A DNA stretch of 53,505 nt. Origin: an uncultured Gemmatimonadaceae bacterium. Lineage in GTDB: Bacteria > Gemmatimonadota > Gemmatimonadetes > Gemmatimonadales > Gemmatimonadaceae. The first letter of the stretch is position 1, and the number at the start of each line of letters is the position of its first letter. This document shows positions 52,293-53,505 of the stretch, piece by piece. The notes below the pieces were generated by a model that saw only the letters and a list, made by a program, of their open reading frames with translations, did no database searches and had not been told where the DNA came from. Made by a program: the position numbers and the translations under genes. The stretch is from assembly GCA_963843845.1 (NCBI GenBank), contig CAWJMB010000004.1, positions 1 through 53,505 of the forward strand, in the 5' to 3' direction.

Positions 52293-53505
52293 GGCAGACT
52301 CAATGGGTCAGTGCAACACCTCTGTCAGTGCCCTCCACCGAGACGCAGCATGGCGAAGATCGGTCGTCCGGGGCTCCCGTCGGACAAGCGGCAGCAGGTC
52401 TGGGAGATGTGGAAGGCGGGCAAGTCCATCACCGTGATCGCGCAGACGGTCGGCTCGCCGGCCGGCTCCATCTTCTCCATCCTGCTGCCGTTCGGCGGCA
52501 TTTATCAGCCGCCACCGCGGCGACGGACGACCGCGCTGACCCTGGCCGAGCGCGAGGAGATCTCGCGCGGGGCGGCGGCCAAGGAGTCCATGCGCGCCAT
52601 CGGCCGGCGGCTCGGGCGACCCGCCTCCACGATCAGTCGCGAGATCGCCCGCAATCGGGGCATCGCCAAGTACCGCGCCACGGACGCCGACGATCGCGCC
52701 TGGCGGCGAGCGAAGCGGCCGAAGCCCTGTCTGCTGGCCCGGCATCCGGTGCTCGCCGCATACGTCCGCGACCGCCTGCGCGAGGATTGGTCGCCCGAGC
52801 AGATTGCCGGGACGCTCAGGAAGCACTACCCGGCAGGGGGCGCGATGCGCGTGTCGCACGAGACGATCTACCGAACCCTCTTCGTCGAGTCCCGCGGCGT
52901 GCTCGCCCGCGCGCTTCGGGCGCACCTGCGCTCGGGGCGGCCGCTGCGACGCAGCGTGCACAACACGACGGCCGGGCAGTGGCGCTCGCAGATCAAGGGC
53001 GCGGTCTCCATCCGCGAGCGACCGCTCGAGGTGGAGGATCGGGCGGTCCCGGGGCACTGGGAGGGCGACCTGCTCCTCGGCCGGCACTGGACGCAGCTCG
53101 CGACCCTCGTCGAGCGTACGACGCGCTTCACGGTGCTCGTGCAGCTCACCGGCCGCGACATGCAGGCCGTGACCGAGGGGCTGTCGCGCGAGATGGCGAT
53201 GCTCCCGGCGCACGTGCGCCGGTCGCTGACCTGGGACCGCGGGATGGAGCTCGCCGGCCACCACGCGGTCACGGCGAACACGGGGCTCGACGTGTACTTC
53301 GCCGACCCGCACAGCCCGTGGCAGCGCGGGACGAACGAGAACACCAATCGGCTGTTGCGGCAGTACTTCCCGAAGGGCGTCTCGATGAAGGACCTCACGC
53401 AAGCCGAGCTGAATCAGGTCGCGGCCAAGCTCAACGCGCGACCGCGGAAGACGCTGGACTTCGACACGCCCGCAGCGCGCTTCGAAGCGCTGTTGCGTTG
53501 ACCCA
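52293..53505 (+). mobile_element. IS30-family insertion sequence; right end cut by the window
   Basis: Left end GGCAGACTCAATGGGTCAGTGCAACACC. The right end GCTGTTGCGTTGACCCA is its imperfect inverted repeat. Confidence 0.9.
52350..53501 (+). CDS. IS30-family transposase
   Basis: LTLAEREEI, STISREIARN, WSPEQIA, SHETIY, GHWEGDL, TWDRGME, PWQRGTNENTNRLLRQYFPKG. Confidence 0.96.
   Translation: MAKIGRPGLPSDKRQQVWEMWKAGKSITVIAQTVGSPAGSIFSILLPFGGIYQPPPRRRTTALTLAEREEISRGAAAKESMRAIGRRLGRPASTISREIARNRGIAKYRATDADDRAWRRAKRPKPCLLARHPVLAAYVRDRLREDWSPEQIAGTLRKHYPAGGAMRVSHETIYRTLFVESRGVLARALRAHLRSGRPLRRSVHNTTAGQWRSQIKGAVSIRERPLEVEDRAVPGHWEGDLLLGRHWTQLATLVERTTRFTVLVQLTGRDMQAVTEGLSREMAMLPAHVRRSLTWDRGMELAGHHAVTANTGLDVYFADPHSPWQRGTNENTNRLLRQYFPKGVSMKDLTQAELNQVAAKLNARPRKTLDFDTPAARFEALLR

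Overview
Very GC-rich bacterial chromosomal window; gene families and style suggest Gemmatimonadota, which is an inference. In order it holds: a TPR/HD-GYP/degenerate-GGDEF signalling gene; an ECF sigma factor, putative anti-sigma and two secreted HEAT-repeat genes, divergent from two MacB-type permeases; a long Lhr helicase; a STAS protein; M1 and S9 peptidases; a FIST gene coupled to a PAS-GGDEF-EAL gene; DinB; an M28 peptidase, proline iminopeptidase and threonine dehydratase; a VPS10/BNR protein; a cutC-amidohydrolase-alkD-PH-phosphatase run ending in an apparent collapsed arsR/arsM remnant with an intact ArsR-type operator; an OM beta-barrel plus Gly/Tyr-rich secreted pair; a hypothetical-patatin-gluconokinase run; a second S9 peptidase; a Tat-signal TldD with PmbA/TldE; a lower-GC segment encoding an atypical TonB-dependent-receptor-like protein; and an IS3 element interrupted by an IS30 element at the window end. 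Many frameshifts at about 10.7-19.6 kb, about 30.65 kb and in the IS3 look like sequencing indels. The most unusual signals lie outside the gene annotation: (i) a non-palindromic octamer CGTTAGGC/GCCTAACG iterated on both strands, even forcing rare TTA codons, and (ii) intergenic hairpin elements built from inverted arrays of 7-, 9- or 11-bp units, two families of which recur within the window. All counts and alignments were done by eye.
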